Source: Isorropodon fossajaponicum endosymbiont JTNG4
Lineage (GTDB): Bacteria; Pseudomonadota; Gammaproteobacteria; PS1; Pseudothioglobaceae
Assembly: GCF_016592615.1 (NCBI RefSeq)
Contig: NZ_AP013043.1
Location: 60,001-92,000, forward strand
Length of the DNA stretch: 32,000 bases
Direction: 5' to 3'
In this document: positions 13,375-21,846 of the stretch, in pieces
Layout: each line of letters starts with the position of its first letter
How positions within the stretch are numbered: the stretch's first letter is position 1
The notes under the pieces: model-generated
Databases searched by the model: none
The model's input: only the letters and a program-made list of their open reading frames with translations
Told to the model about the DNA's origin: nothing
Program-made: the position numbers and the translations under genes

Positions 13375-14223
13375 TTAATTGTTTTCAATAAATAATAAGT
13401 ATTGTGACAACTCAGGTTTAATGTCTGAAGCCATATCTTGAAAGGCTCTTAAAGCGCCATGAGTTTCAATCCAATAATACTTTTGTGAAACCCAGTTGAT
13501 ACTTTGCAACACCAATACTATGATTAAAATTGCCAAGCTGCCCTTGATTAAGCCCACAATTAAGCCTAATAAATTGTTTTGAGTGCTGTTGATATTTCTG
13601 GCATTAAGCTTGGTGTCTATTGCTTGCAAAATCGTAAGTATTTTTTTGAAAAAAGACGATAAGAAACAAGGTTTTGTTTCATCAATAGAAATATTTAACA
13701 CGCTTGATATAAAAGTTAAAACACCAAAGGCAAACCCAAATACAATTGAAAATGACAAGCCAATGCGAACAGATTCATTGCTAATCAGCATTTCCATAAT
13801 ACCCAGCCCAGCCACAGTCTCTAAATAATGCCAACTAAACATAGTGATTGCCACCAGAACAACCATGAGTGCAAACAGCTTGTTTAGTACACAAGGGTTA
13901 TCAATGGCTGATGATAATTGTGTTAGTTTGTAAATCACTCTTTTGATGATCACAACACCAATAAAAATCACCCCAAATGAGATGGCTAAATGAGAGTGGT
14001 GTGATAATACCAGCCAAGTGATGAGCGGGCTTGTGGCCAGTGTTTGGTAAAACAGCCATGCAATTAAAATGGCTAACAATAAAAACCCTAAATTGATAAG
14101 TTCTCTTGCCATGCCGCGTTTAAAGCCTAATACTAGGAATGTCGCTAAAATAGCAATGGTTATCCAGTCGGACCAAACTAAGCGTTCAATCATGGTCCAG
14201 ATAGTTGCAAAAAACTCATCCAT
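13375..14223 (-). CDS. cvpA: CvpA-family membrane protein with an enlarged central region
   Basis: The N-terminal WITIAILATFLVLGFKRGMARELINL and C-terminal LLGLIVGLIKGSLAILIIVLVL match the CvpA ends. It sits between folC and purF. The ATG is at 14223; the track ORF starts one codon earlier at a TTG (14226). Confidence 0.8.
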   Translation of the reverse strand: MDEFFATIWTMIERLVWSDWITIAILATFLVLGFKRGMARELINLGFLLLAILIAWLFYQTLATSPLITWLVLSHHSHLAISFGVIFIGVVIIKRVIYKLTQLSSAIDNPCVLNKLFALMVVLVAITMFSWHYLETVAGLGIMEMLISNESVRIGLSFSIVFGFAFGVLTFISSVLNISIDETKPCFLSSFFKKILTILQAIDTKLNARNINSTQNNLLGLIVGLIKGSLAILIIVLVLQSINWVSQKYYWIETHGALRAFQDMASDIKPELSQYLLFIENN

Positions 14224-14262
14224 CAAATCTCTCCTAGGGATACTGTGTGATTAGTTGCAATT

Positions 14263-15486
14263 TTACAAGATTTCTTCTTCATTATTTTTCATAAATGGTA
14301 TAAGTATTTTCAATGCATCTGCAACAACATGAAACGATCCAAAAATAACAACACGCTGATATTGCTTATCATTAAGTGCACGATTAATGGCATTTTGCAT
14401 ATCATTACAAACGTGAATATTGTGATTTAGATTAAATTCATTACTAAGTGCTTTCATGTTTATTGCTCGATTCACATCAAGCGGTACTAGTAGCCATTGA
14501 TTAATAATCATGCTAATTTCGTTAATCATCAAGCTAATATTTTTATCTTTTAAAGCTGAAAATATGGCAATGGTAGAGCATTGCTGCTTTGCCAATTCTG
14601 CTGATAACACTTTAACAGCTGCTGCATTGTGTGCAACATCAAGAATAACAGTCTTGTTATTAATGGTTTTTATTTGAAATCTAGCATCAAGTTGTGCATA
14701 TTTAATACCCGCTTTGATTTGAATGGTATTAACTGGAAGGATTTTGTTAAGTTTTTGCACGGCAAGCATCGCTGTCGCTGCATTTTGCTGTTGGTGCTTG
14801 CCGATTAAGCCAATATCGCTTGCGTATTTTTCCCTAACAAATTCTAATTGTGCTTTGATTTGATGAGCATATTGACTAATCGAAGCAGGTGGATTAGTAT
14901 CAGCACAAATACAAGGCGTATTTTTGCGCATAATGCCCGCTTTTTCAAGCCCAATCAGTTCACGGGTATTGCCCAAATAGTCCACATGGTCAATGTCAAT
15001 ATTGGTAATGACGCTCACGTCGTTATCAACCATATTAACCGAGTCTAGCCGACCACCCAGCCCCACTTCTAATACAGCTATATCAACTTTTTCTAGCTCA
15101 AAAATAATCAGTGCAGCCAAGGTTGAAAATTCAAAATAAGTCAGAGATGTTTCACCTCGAAAAGACTCAATTTTTTCAAAAGCATGGCAAATTTGCTCAT
15201 CAGTTGCTTGCACGCTGTTAATCACAAAACGCTCATTGTATTTAAGAATATGGGGTGAGCTAAATTGAGCGACTTTAAAGTTTGATTGTTGGTAAATACT
15301 ACCAATAAAAGCCACAGTAGAGCCTTTGCCATTCGTACCAGCAACGCTAATTACTTTAAAAGAAACGCCTTTTGGAAACAGCCTTTGATAAACTTTTTTA
15401 ACACGTTCTAGCCCTAAGTTAATGTCCTGAAAATGTAAGTTTTCTTGATAATTTAGCCAGTCATCTAGGGTGTTTAGTCTTCCCAA
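14263..15486 (-). CDS. folC: Bifunctional folylpolyglutamate synthase / dihydrofolate synthase
   Basis: 407 aa with the Mur-ligase-type P-loop VAGTNGKGST and the N-terminus LDDWLNYQENLH. It has a TTG start. Confidence 0.93.
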   Translation of the reverse strand: MGRLNTLDDWLNYQENLHFQDINLGLERVKKVYQRLFPKGVSFKVISVAGTNGKGSTVAFIGSIYQQSNFKVAQFSSPHILKYNERFVINSVQATDEQICHAFEKIESFRGETSLTYFEFSTLAALIIFELEKVDIAVLEVGLGGRLDSVNMVDNDVSVITNIDIDHVDYLGNTRELIGLEKAGIMRKNTPCICADTNPPASISQYAHQIKAQLEFVREKYASDIGLIGKHQQQNAATAMLAVQKLNKILPVNTIQIKAGIKYAQLDARFQIKTINNKTVILDVAHNAAAVKVLSAELAKQQCSTIAIFSALKDKNISLMINEISMIINQWLLVPLDVNRAINMKALSNEFNLNHNIHVCNDMQNAINRALNDKQYQRVVIFGSFHVVADALKILIPFMKNNEEEIL

Positions 15487-15926
15487 AACTCACCCTCAAT
15501 GGTGTTGTCTTTATTGCGCTGTTGGGGTGATGTGTTTTTGGTTTTATGAATAAAGCCAGCGCGATTTTTGCTAAATATCTTTTGTGCGTTCTTTTTCAAA
15601 ATTTGATTAATAAAATAAGCCCTTGAAATAGGTATAAGCCCAAGCAGGCCGATAAAATCCGTAATAAAACCAGGCGTTAATAACAAAACACCTGAGACTA
15701 AGATGACCACACCCTCAAGCATTTCAAAAGCAGGTGTTTGCCCATTCATGGTTTTTTGCTGTACTTTTGCAAGGATGGAAAACCCTTGTTGTTTAAGTAG
15801 TGTTGAGCCAATAAGTGCAGTAACAACAACCAACAATACGGTTGAAAAACCACCAATTGACTCACCCACTGATACCAAAACATAAATCTCAAGCAGCGTC
15901 ATGACAACAAATAAAGGAAATATCAT
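15474..15926 (-). CDS. fxsA: FxsA-family inner-membrane protein
   Basis: 150 aa. LLEIYVLVSVGESIG...LLLTPGFITDFIGLLGLIP matches E. coli FxsA from memory. It overlaps folC by 13 nt. Confidence 0.85.
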   Translation of the reverse strand: MIFPLFVVMTLLEIYVLVSVGESIGGFSTVLLVVVTALIGSTLLKQQGFSILAKVQQKTMNGQTPAFEMLEGVVILVSGVLLLTPGFITDFIGLLGLIPISRAYFINQILKKNAQKIFSKNRAGFIHKTKNTSPQQRNKDNTIEGEFWED

Positions 15927-16573
15927 TATGATTCCTCGTTAATAAAAATTAAATCCCAAACGCCGTGCCCCAGCCTATGACCTCGTCGTTCAAATTTGGT
16001 GACGGGTTGGTATTCAGGTCTTGGTGAATAGATAGGGTCGTTTTGTGTGTTTTTAAAGTGGGGATGATTTTCTAAAACTACCATCATGTGAGTTGCATAA
16101 TGTTCCCAGTCAGTTGCCATATGAACTTTGCCACCATTTATTATTTTCTTTGATAATAAATCTAAAAACTCAGTTTGCACCAATCGACGTTTAAAGTGCT
16201 TTTTCTTATGCCACGGGTCGGGGAAAAACAACTGAAAACGATTAAAACTATCGCCCTCTATATGGTTTTTTAATACCTCAACGGCATCTTCTTTAATGAC
16301 TTTAAGATTGGTTAATTGGTGTTTATGCGCCTCGTATACTTCAATACCCAAAAAATTCTTATCAGGCCTCTTAATTGCCATCTCTAGCAAACTATCCCCA
16401 TTGCCAAAGCCTACTTCTAAAACAATTTTTTGTTGTTTGACAAACAAATGATTTAAACCAATTTTACCTTTAGGTAAATCAACCCCATAATCCGCCCAAA
16501 GTTCAGTCAACCCCATTTTTTGCCCCAGTGTTAATCGACCAGAGCGGCGTACAAAACTTTGAATTTTTCTCAT
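15926..16573 (-). CDS. trmB: tRNA (guanine46-N7)-methyltransferase
   Basis: IQSFVRRSGRLTLGQ, LEVGFGNGDS, FFPDPWHKKKHFKRRL, HMATDW and TKFERRGHRLGHGVWDL are all collinear with E. coli TrmB. I prefer the ATG at 16573; the track ORF starts at 16600. Confidence 0.93.
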   Translation of the reverse strand: MRKIQSFVRRSGRLTLGQKMGLTELWADYGVDLPKGKIGLNHLFVKQQKIVLEVGFGNGDSLLEMAIKRPDKNFLGIEVYEAHKHQLTNLKVIKEDAVEVLKNHIEGDSFNRFQLFFPDPWHKKKHFKRRLVQTEFLDLLSKKIINGGKVHMATDWEHYATHMMVVLENHPHFKNTQNDPIYSPRPEYQPVTKFERRGHRLGHGVWDLIFINEES

Positions 16574-16718
16574 TTTATTTATCAAAATATTGACACACAT
16601 ATAAATAGTATTTAGTTAAGGTGTTGTTAAAAAAAGCAACAGAGCATACCCATTAAAAAACCTAAAAGAGCAAGCACTCTATAAAAGTTATCCGTGAAAA
16701 TGGGTTTTATTTTACCGT

Positions 16719-16746
16719 TTGACAGTCAAGTGATACGTGGTATATT
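16719..16746 (+). promoter_or_regulatory. Near-consensus sigma70 promoter with extended -10
   Basis: TTGACA (16719-16724), a 16-nt spacer, then TATATT (16741-16746), with TG at 16738-16739 (TGn extended -10). The predicted TSS is about 16751-16754. Confidence 0.6.
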
Positions 16747-16750
16747 TGCG

Positions 16751-16939
16751 AGTCTTAAACACAAAAGCGGTTTACCGTTTACCGTTATTACAGCGGCTTT
16801 TTTGTACCTAAAATAAATAGGGACAAAATTGCTTATGGTAGGTCGAGGAGAGCCGAATAGGCTTTTTAGCTAATAAGCTCCCGTCTTCTTTTGTGGGTAA
16901 GTGAGGCCTGCCACCTTTTTTAGGTTGCAGATTTTTTTT
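16751..16939 (+). ncRNA. Candidate ~185-nt structured sRNA or cis-regulatory leader, family unassigned
   Basis: It is bounded by the promoter above and the terminator at 16908-16939. A long-range helix pairs 16754-16767 (cttaaacacaaaag) with 16888-16901 (cttttgtgggtaag), 12 of 14 Watson-Crick pairs, and encloses about 120 nt. Small local hairpins occur at agccgaataggct and agctaataagct. I recognise no tmRNA, RNase P, SRP or 6S signature. Confidence 0.35.
16908..16939 (+). terminator. Rho-independent terminator
   Basis: Stem ctgccacct (16908-16916) pairs with aggttgcag (16922-16930), 8 bp with one C/T mismatch and a 5-nt loop. It is followed by a then T8 (16932-16939). Confidence 0.75.
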
Positions 16940-16961
16940 ATCCAATTAATTAGGACATCTT

Positions 16962-17345
16962 ATGTCACATACAACCAATACAGCCACAGAGTTATTAACA
17001 TTAGCACTAAGTAGTTTTAACCAAGTTTTTTGTATTGAGCTTGATGAAATAGACTATAATCATCGACCTTTGTTATTCGAACTCAAACAAGTGCATTTAA
17101 GCTTGCAAGGGATGGAGGCAGCACGTCATAAGTTCCCGCCAATATATCGCTTAATTACTGATTTAACAATGTTAAGCCAATCAATACTTAACATTGTCAC
17201 TTCTTCAAGCAACTCAGTCTTTAGAAACGTTAAAGGCTCAGATATCGCAAGAACAACCCGTGTTAAATTAAGGCGTTTTGCCTTATCATTTTGTATTTGT
17301 TCTGCTATTAGCAGCTGTATATTTGATTATCAGTGTAGCTATTAA
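16962..17345 (+). CDS. Orphan hypothetical protein, 127 aa, with a Cys-rich C-terminus
   Basis: An ATG is preceded by agga at 6-nt spacing. I recognise no family. It starts 23 nt after the terminator. Coding status is uncertain. Confidence 0.35.
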   Translation: MSHTTNTATELLTLALSSFNQVFCIELDEIDYNHRPLLFELKQVHLSLQGMEAARHKFPPIYRLITDLTMLSQSILNIVTSSSNSVFRNVKGSDIARTTRVKLRRFALSFCICSAISSCIFDYQCSY

Positions 17346-17379
17346 AAAGCAATCAATATCAGTAGCAAATTAAGTTTTT

Positions 17380-18150
17380 TCATAATTGATAATCCATAAT
17401 AAGCGGCGCGTGATCTGAAAAACGCTCATCTTTATAAATGCTGACACTTTTAACTGTACCTTTGAGATTCGGCGTGAGGATTTGATAATCAATGCGCCAG
17501 CCGACATTATTCGCCCATGCTTGTCCACGATTACTCCACCAAGTGTATTGCCTATCTCCTTGATTGACTTCACGAAAGCCGTCAATAAAGCCAACTTCAA
17601 AAAATAACTCATCTAACCAAGCACGCTCCTCTGGCAAACAGCCTGAATTTTTCTGATTGGCTTTCCAGTTTTTAATGTCTCTTTCCTGATGTACGATATT
17701 CACATCACCACAAATAATGACCTTGCGTCCGCTTGCTTTAAGTTCTTGTAAGTAAGGCATAAATCGCTCAGTTAAAAACGCCATTTTTAAATCTTGGCGC
17801 TCTTGTTTGGCACTGCCTGAATGTATGTAAATTGAAATAACTGAAAAATCTTTAAAGTCAGCTCGAATAAACCGTCCTTCAAAATTAATATCATCCCACG
17901 GGCTTTCTTTAATGACTTGAATGGGTGCTTGTTTGATAAAGATTGCCGTGCCAGAATAGCCTTTTTTCTCAGCAGGTTGGTAATAGCAGTGGTATTCTTT
18001 TGGATAAAATCGCTCATCTAATTGATCTTCTTGTGCTTTGATTTCTTGCAAGCAAACCACGTCTGCATTTTGGGTTTTTATCCAATCAAAAAAACCTTTT
18101 CGTTCAGCAGCACGAATTCCGTTGACATTAGCCGTTATAATTATTTTCAT
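17380..18150 (-). CDS. xthA: Exodeoxyribonuclease III (AP endonuclease)
   Basis: [15 protein letters not shown]...DVVCLQEIK...[12 protein letters not shown]...YTWWS......SDHAPL are ExoIII/EEP signatures. I prefer the ATG at 18150 over the track start at 18189. Confidence 0.93.
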   Translation of the reverse strand: MKIIITANVNGIRAAERKGFFDWIKTQNADVVCLQEIKAQEDQLDERFYPKEYHCYYQPAEKKGYSGTAIFIKQAPIQVIKESPWDDINFEGRFIRADFKDFSVISIYIHSGSAKQERQDLKMAFLTERFMPYLQELKASGRKVIICGDVNIVHQERDIKNWKANQKNSGCLPEERAWLDELFFEVGFIDGFREVNQGDRQYTWWSNRGQAWANNVGWRIDYQILTPNLKGTVKSVSIYKDERFSDHAPLIMDYQL

Positions 18151-18174
18151 CGAAATAATTTTATAGGAAAACCC

Positions 18175-18819
18175 ATGGAGCAGTATCAAAAAGACTTTGT
18201 AGATTTTATGTTGGGCAGTGGTGCGCTCAAATTTGGTGAATTCACCTTAAAATCTGGTCGTATTAGTCCTTATTTTTTTAATGCCGGGGTATTTAATACG
18301 GGGCAGCACCTTTCTCAATTGGGTAAATTCTACGCGACAGCGATTGAAAATAGCGGCTTGGACTTTGATGTTTTGTTTGGCCCAGCCTACAAAGGCATTC
18401 CACTAGCAACTGCTACTGCTATGGCGCTTAATGATGGTTTTAGTAAAAATGTGCCCTATAGTTTTAATCGCAAAGAAGCCAAAACGCATGGCGAGGGTGG
18501 GGATATTGTTGGCCACCCACTTGAAGGTAATATTTTAATTATTGACGATGTCATCACGGCAGGTACTGCCATTCGTGAGGCGATGGATATTATTAAAGCA
18601 AATGGTGCAACTGCTAAGGGCGTGATTGTGGCGGTTGACCGTCAGGAAAAAGGCATTGGTCAGCAATCTGCTATTCAGGAAGTTGAGCAGAATTTTGGGC
18701 TTTCAGTTTTAAGTATTATTAATTTATCGCACTTGGTTGATTATTTAAAGCAAGGCAATGACCATGCGTTAATTGAGCGCATTGAGGCATATCGAGATTG
18801 CTATGGTGTTAAAGGCTAA
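18175..18819 (+). CDS. pyrE: Orotate phosphoribosyltransferase
   Basis: [36 protein letters not shown] and the PRPP motif [13 protein letters not shown]. The upstream part of the track ORF (18022-18174) overlaps xthA and is not coding. Confidence 0.95.
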   Translation: MEQYQKDFVDFMLGSGALKFGEFTLKSGRISPYFFNAGVFNTGQHLSQLGKFYATAIENSGLDFDVLFGPAYKGIPLATATAMALNDGFSKNVPYSFNRKEAKTHGEGGDIVGHPLEGNILIIDDVITAGTAIREAMDIIKANGATAKGVIVAVDRQEKGIGQQSAIQEVEQNFGLSVLSIINLSHLVDYLKQGNDHALIERIEAYRDCYGVKG

Positions 18820-19072
18820 AGCCAACTGCCACTAGCCTGAATGGGTTTTAATGAATGTGGTGTGCTGATCCATACTGCCAGTGCAAAGCGTTTTGCTGAT
18901 TTTGTTGAGCGTGGTAGTTTGATTGACCAGCATTACCCTTGCTGATTTTTTGCGTGTGATTGAGCACCACAAAATCATGGTTTAAAATTTTGTTGTCATT
19001 CTCACCAGCCGTAATTTTGTTTTCAAATCCAAAACCTAATAGGGCAATATGCGCTATTAAAGGCTGGCGTTT

Positions 19073-19537
19073 TTACTGTGGTTTAAATTTAATATAAGCC
19101 ATGTCGTCAAGTACATCAACGCTTAATTTCCCTACTTTTTGCTGGCTTAAAGTTTGGGGATGTGGATAGCGCCAAGCTCTATCTTCTTTGCCATTTTGAA
19201 TGATTTGTGGCGTATAAACTTGAGAAATGTTGTTTTGTTGATGGTGTTGTTTTTGTCTTTTTGTATAATCAGCATGTGCAAATTTGTCTTGCCAGCCGAT
19301 ATAATCCCAATAGTCCACATGAAACGCCATGGGTATTATTTCACTAAATAATTTTGGGTGTTGCATAAATTCGCTGAGCCATTTATCCGCTGTCGGGCAA
19401 GAACTGCAGCCTTCATAGGTGTAAAGTTCAACCATGGTATTTTGGTAGTCGGTGCTTTCAAAGTGAAGGCTTTTTGCAAAAACAGTACCACCAAAAAGAA
19501 CAAGAAGTAATGAGAGGGTTATTTTTATTAAGCGCAT
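19073..19537 (-). CDS. DUF1223-family secreted thioredoxin-fold protein, open N-terminal part (probable pseudogene)
   Basis: It has a signal peptide (MRLIKITLSLLLVLFGGTVFA), then ELYTYEGCSSCPTADKWL...AFHVDYWDYIGWQDKFA, typical of DUF1223. The TAA at 19073-19075 is followed in the same frame by 74 more sense codons, ending at a TAA at 18848-18850. Confidence 0.75.
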   Translation of the reverse strand: MRLIKITLSLLLVLFGGTVFAKSLHFESTDYQNTMVELYTYEGCSSCPTADKWLSEFMQHPKLFSEIIPMAFHVDYWDYIGWQDKFAHADYTKRQKQHHQQNNISQVYTPQIIQNGKEDRAWRYPHPQTLSQQKVGKLSVDVLDDMAYIKFKPQ

Positions 19538-19564
19538 ACTTTAATGTACGCACTTATTAATAAA

Positions 19565-19690
19565 AAGTTTCAGCTAAGCGGCTTTTTTGCTTGTTTCTTC
19601 CATTTTCTCAGCTTTGTCTAGCCGTTGCTGTTTGAAGCATATATTTTCGTGGTCTATCTTTGTCTAAAATAAATACTAATCGTTGTAAAA
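19565..19690 (-). mobile_element. Possible remnant of the 3' end of an IS3-family transposase gene
   Basis: The minus-strand frame reads ...FKQQRLDKAEKMEETSKKAA-stop. Its last ~17 nt (aaaaaagccgcttag) closely resemble the end of the IS3 orfB at 20641 (aaaaaagcggcttga; ...PAQKMAELKKAA-stop). Upstream it has stops and is degenerate. Confidence 0.3.
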
Positions 19691-19769
19691 TGCCCATCGG
19701 GTTGTAATACCCCAAAAAACCACCATTCTAAAGTAGAAAATTCTATAATAAAAAATAAGGAGTTTTCAC

Positions 19770-20039
19770 ATGAAAAAATCAAGATATACAGAGTTATAAA
19801 TAGTCAACATACTCAAACAAAACCAATCAGGCATATCTGTGGCTGATCTATGCCGTGAATACGCAATGTCTCAAGCCACATTTTACAAATGGAGATCTAA
19901 ATACGGTGATACAGATTTTGTCTCTATGGTTAAACGCTTAAAAGAGCTAGAATCAGAAAATGCTCAATTCAAACGTATGTATGCTGAGAGTGAGTTGAAA
20001 CTGCAAATTACAAAGGATGCCTTAGCAAAAAAGTTCTAA
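19770..20039 (+). pseudogene. IS3-family transposase OrfA (HTH) with an in-frame nonsense codon
   Basis: MKKSRYTEL-TAA(19797-19799)-IVNILKQNQSGISVADLCREYAMSQATFYKWRSKYGD...KRLKELESENAQFKRMYAESEL...ALAKKF. The A_AAA_AAG slippery heptamer lies at 20027-20033. Confidence 0.85.
20027..20033 (+). other. Programmed -1 frameshift heptamer A_AAA_AAG (IS3 family)
   Basis: gc[a aaa aag] ttc taa lies in the orfA zero frame. Confidence 0.7.
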
Positions 20040-20054
20040 AGCCATCCCAGTGGC

Positions 20055-20582
20055 GTGAGGATGGCTTTAAACATCAATGAACAAAATAAGAACACAAGTA
20101 TCAAACTTATTTACGAAGTTTGTAGCATTAGTAAAAGCACTTATTATTATCAACCAAAACTCAGTGATGACAATGCTTTAATTGCCGATTGTCTACTGCG
20201 CTTAACCGCAACGCACAAGCGTTGGGGTTTTAAACTGTGCTATTTATATCTACGTAATGTTAAAGACTACAAATTTAACCATAAACGAGTGTATCGCATT
20301 TACCAAGAACTGGAGCTCAATCTAAGAATCAAGCCAAGAAGAAGAATCAAAAGAGATAAACCCGAAGCACTGAGTGTGCCAACAACTATTAACCAAACTT
20401 GGTCAATGGATTTTATGTCAGACTCACTCACTGATGGCAGGCACATTAGAACTTTTAATGTTGTCGATGATTACAATCGGGAAGGCTTGAATATTGATGT
20501 GGACTTGTCCATGCCAGCAAGACGAGTTATTCAATCATTAGAACGTTTGATTCAGTGGCGGATCTTCACAATGAAGGCATGA
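20055..20582 (+). pseudogene. IS3-family (IS407-like) transposase OrfB, truncated
   Basis: ...STYYYQPK...HKRVYRIYQELELNLRIKPRRR...NQTWSMDFMSDSLTDGRHIRTFNVVDDYNREGLNIDVDLSMPARRVIQSLERLI. It is in the same frame as orfA rather than -1. The -1 frame after the heptamer (KKVLKPSQWRE...) ends in a stop after a few codons, which implies an extra indel near 20060. Confidence 0.85.
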
Positions 20583-20640
20583 TTTAGGGAAATGTAGGGT
20601 TTCGGTGAGTGTGCAATGCTCTAACCTACTTGGACACATT

Positions 20641-21543
20641 TCAAGCCGCTTTTTTCAATTCAGCCATCTTTTGAGCAGGTGTTAAATACCCAATCGCTGA
20701 ATGAATCCTTTTGTAATTATACAAGTAGATATAACCCTCTACATTTTGCACGACTTCACTATGATTTGCAAAACTTTGATAATTTAATCTCTCAGTCTTC
20801 AGACTTCTAAAGAAACGCTCCATGACCGCATTATCCCAACAATTACCTCGCCTGCTCATGCTTTGAGTAATGTTGTTCTTGTTGCAATAATCAATAAAAA
20901 CTTTAGAAGAGTATTGAGTCCCTTGATCAGAGTGGAACATGTGTTTATTTGTATTGGGCTGGTGTCTAGACACAGCATTACTAAGCGCATCCTTTGCCAA
21001 CTGAGCATTAGGCTGTTTTGACAATGCCCAACCAACAACTTGTCTTGAGCCTAAATCCAACACACTGGCTAAATAACTCCCACCTTGATAGGTTTTGATA
21101 TAGGTAATATCACCAACCCAATGCGTATTAATTGATTGCTGCTCAAACACACGATTTAATAGGTTTTTTGCCTTTTTAAACATCAATCTAGTATTAGGGT
21201 AATAATGACGCTTTCTTGGGCGTATGGCAACTACATTGGCTTTTTTCATTAGCGTTGCAGTTTGGTAAATACCAATGTTATAACCTTGGTTATTCAAAAC
21301 TACTCGCATTCTGCGTTTGCCATAGGTGTATCCAACTTCAATAGCAGTTTGTTTGATTAATTTAATCATAGCGTTGGTGTTGTTGTTTACTCGCTTATCT
21401 TTGACTTGATAGTAATAACTACTGCGAGGAAGTTTGAGTAATGCTCATAATTCTTTAGTATTGTATTGTTGGCAAGCCTTGTTTATCTTGATAATCATAT
21501 CACTTGGTGATTGTCCACAGCGAACAAGGCTGTTGCCTTTTTT
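20641..21543 (-). pseudogene. IS3-family transposase OrfB (DDE), interrupted by TGA
   Basis: The open part 20641..21369 contains WVGDITYI, HSDQGTQY and NAVMERFF (DDE). The upstream -1 frame from the heptamer reads KKGNSLVRCGQSPSDMIIKINKACQQYNTKEL-TGA(21445-21447)-ALLKLPRSSYYYQVKDKR. The stop sits where relatives usually have Cys. Confidence 0.85.
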
Positions 21544-21846
21544 AAGATTTCATTGTCCCTTTGTGCGCGCCAAAGTTGTTTCTCAAGCAGTTGTATTGTT
21601 TGTTGTTCAGAAGTCAGCGCTTTGCCTGACTCTGGTGTTTGTCCACCAAGCTCTGCTAGGTATTGTTTTCTCCATCTGCTAACTGCTGAGGAGCAAGCTC
21701 CTGATATTATCATGATTTTTTTTATTGGTGTAATTCTCATGCACCATGAGTTTGGCATAATCTAGTGTTCCCCCCTCAAGGGGGTATTGAACAGAATGTT
21801 CAACGGTAAAAGTCACTCGTTGTTTTCTTGATTTATATTGTGTCAT
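21495..21846 (-). pseudogene. IS3-family transposase OrfA, frameshifted
   Basis: ATG at 21846 gives MTQYKSRKQRVTFTVEHSVQYPLEGGTLDYAKLMVHENYTN...SLLLSS-TAG (21679-21681). The rest, ...SRWRKQYLAELGGQTPESGKALTSEQQTIQLLEKQLWRAQRDNEILKKATALFA, is in another frame (track ORF 21495..21758). Confidence 0.8.
21537..21543 (-). other. Programmed -1 frameshift heptamer A_AAA_AAG (IS3 family)
   Basis: On the minus strand tt[a aaa aag] gca lies in the OrfA zero frame. The -1 frame continues into OrfB. Confidence 0.75.

Larger units (their letters stand above)
19691..20555 (+). mobile_element. IS3-family (IS407-like) element, 3'-truncated and mutated
   Basis: It contains orfA and the N-terminal two-thirds of orfB (below). 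Coding similarity stops after LERLIQWR, upstream of the expected second D and the E of the DDE triad. The left boundary is estimated only, from a TG-initiated sequence at 19691. Confidence 0.7.

Noticed and set aside
16835-16873. 12-codon mini-ORF (MVGRGEPNRLFS) inside the candidate RNA, as a possible leader peptide
   Set aside because: It has no convincing RBS at proper spacing, no run of regulatory codons, and it overlaps the predicted helices. There is not enough evidence.
16751-16939. Possibility that the candidate RNA is 6S RNA (its size is similar, about 185 nt)
   Set aside because: 6S RNA requires the 5' and 3' termini to pair into a long closing stem around a central bubble. Here the 5' end pairs internally (with 16888-16901) and the 3' end is a separate terminator hairpin. 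There is no ygfA-type neighbour and I recognise no 6S sequence blocks.
18022-18174. N-terminal extension of the pyrE track ORF
   Set aside because: It overlaps the xthA coding region on the opposite strand. PyrE homology starts at MEQYQKDF (ATG at 18175).
19073-21447. In-frame TAA/TGA codons (19073, 19797, 21445) as evidence of stop-codon reassignment or selenocysteine
   Set aside because: TAA and TGA also terminate many clearly intact conserved genes in this window at the expected positions. The affected genes are an IS and decaying accessory genes, so nonsense mutations are the simpler explanation.
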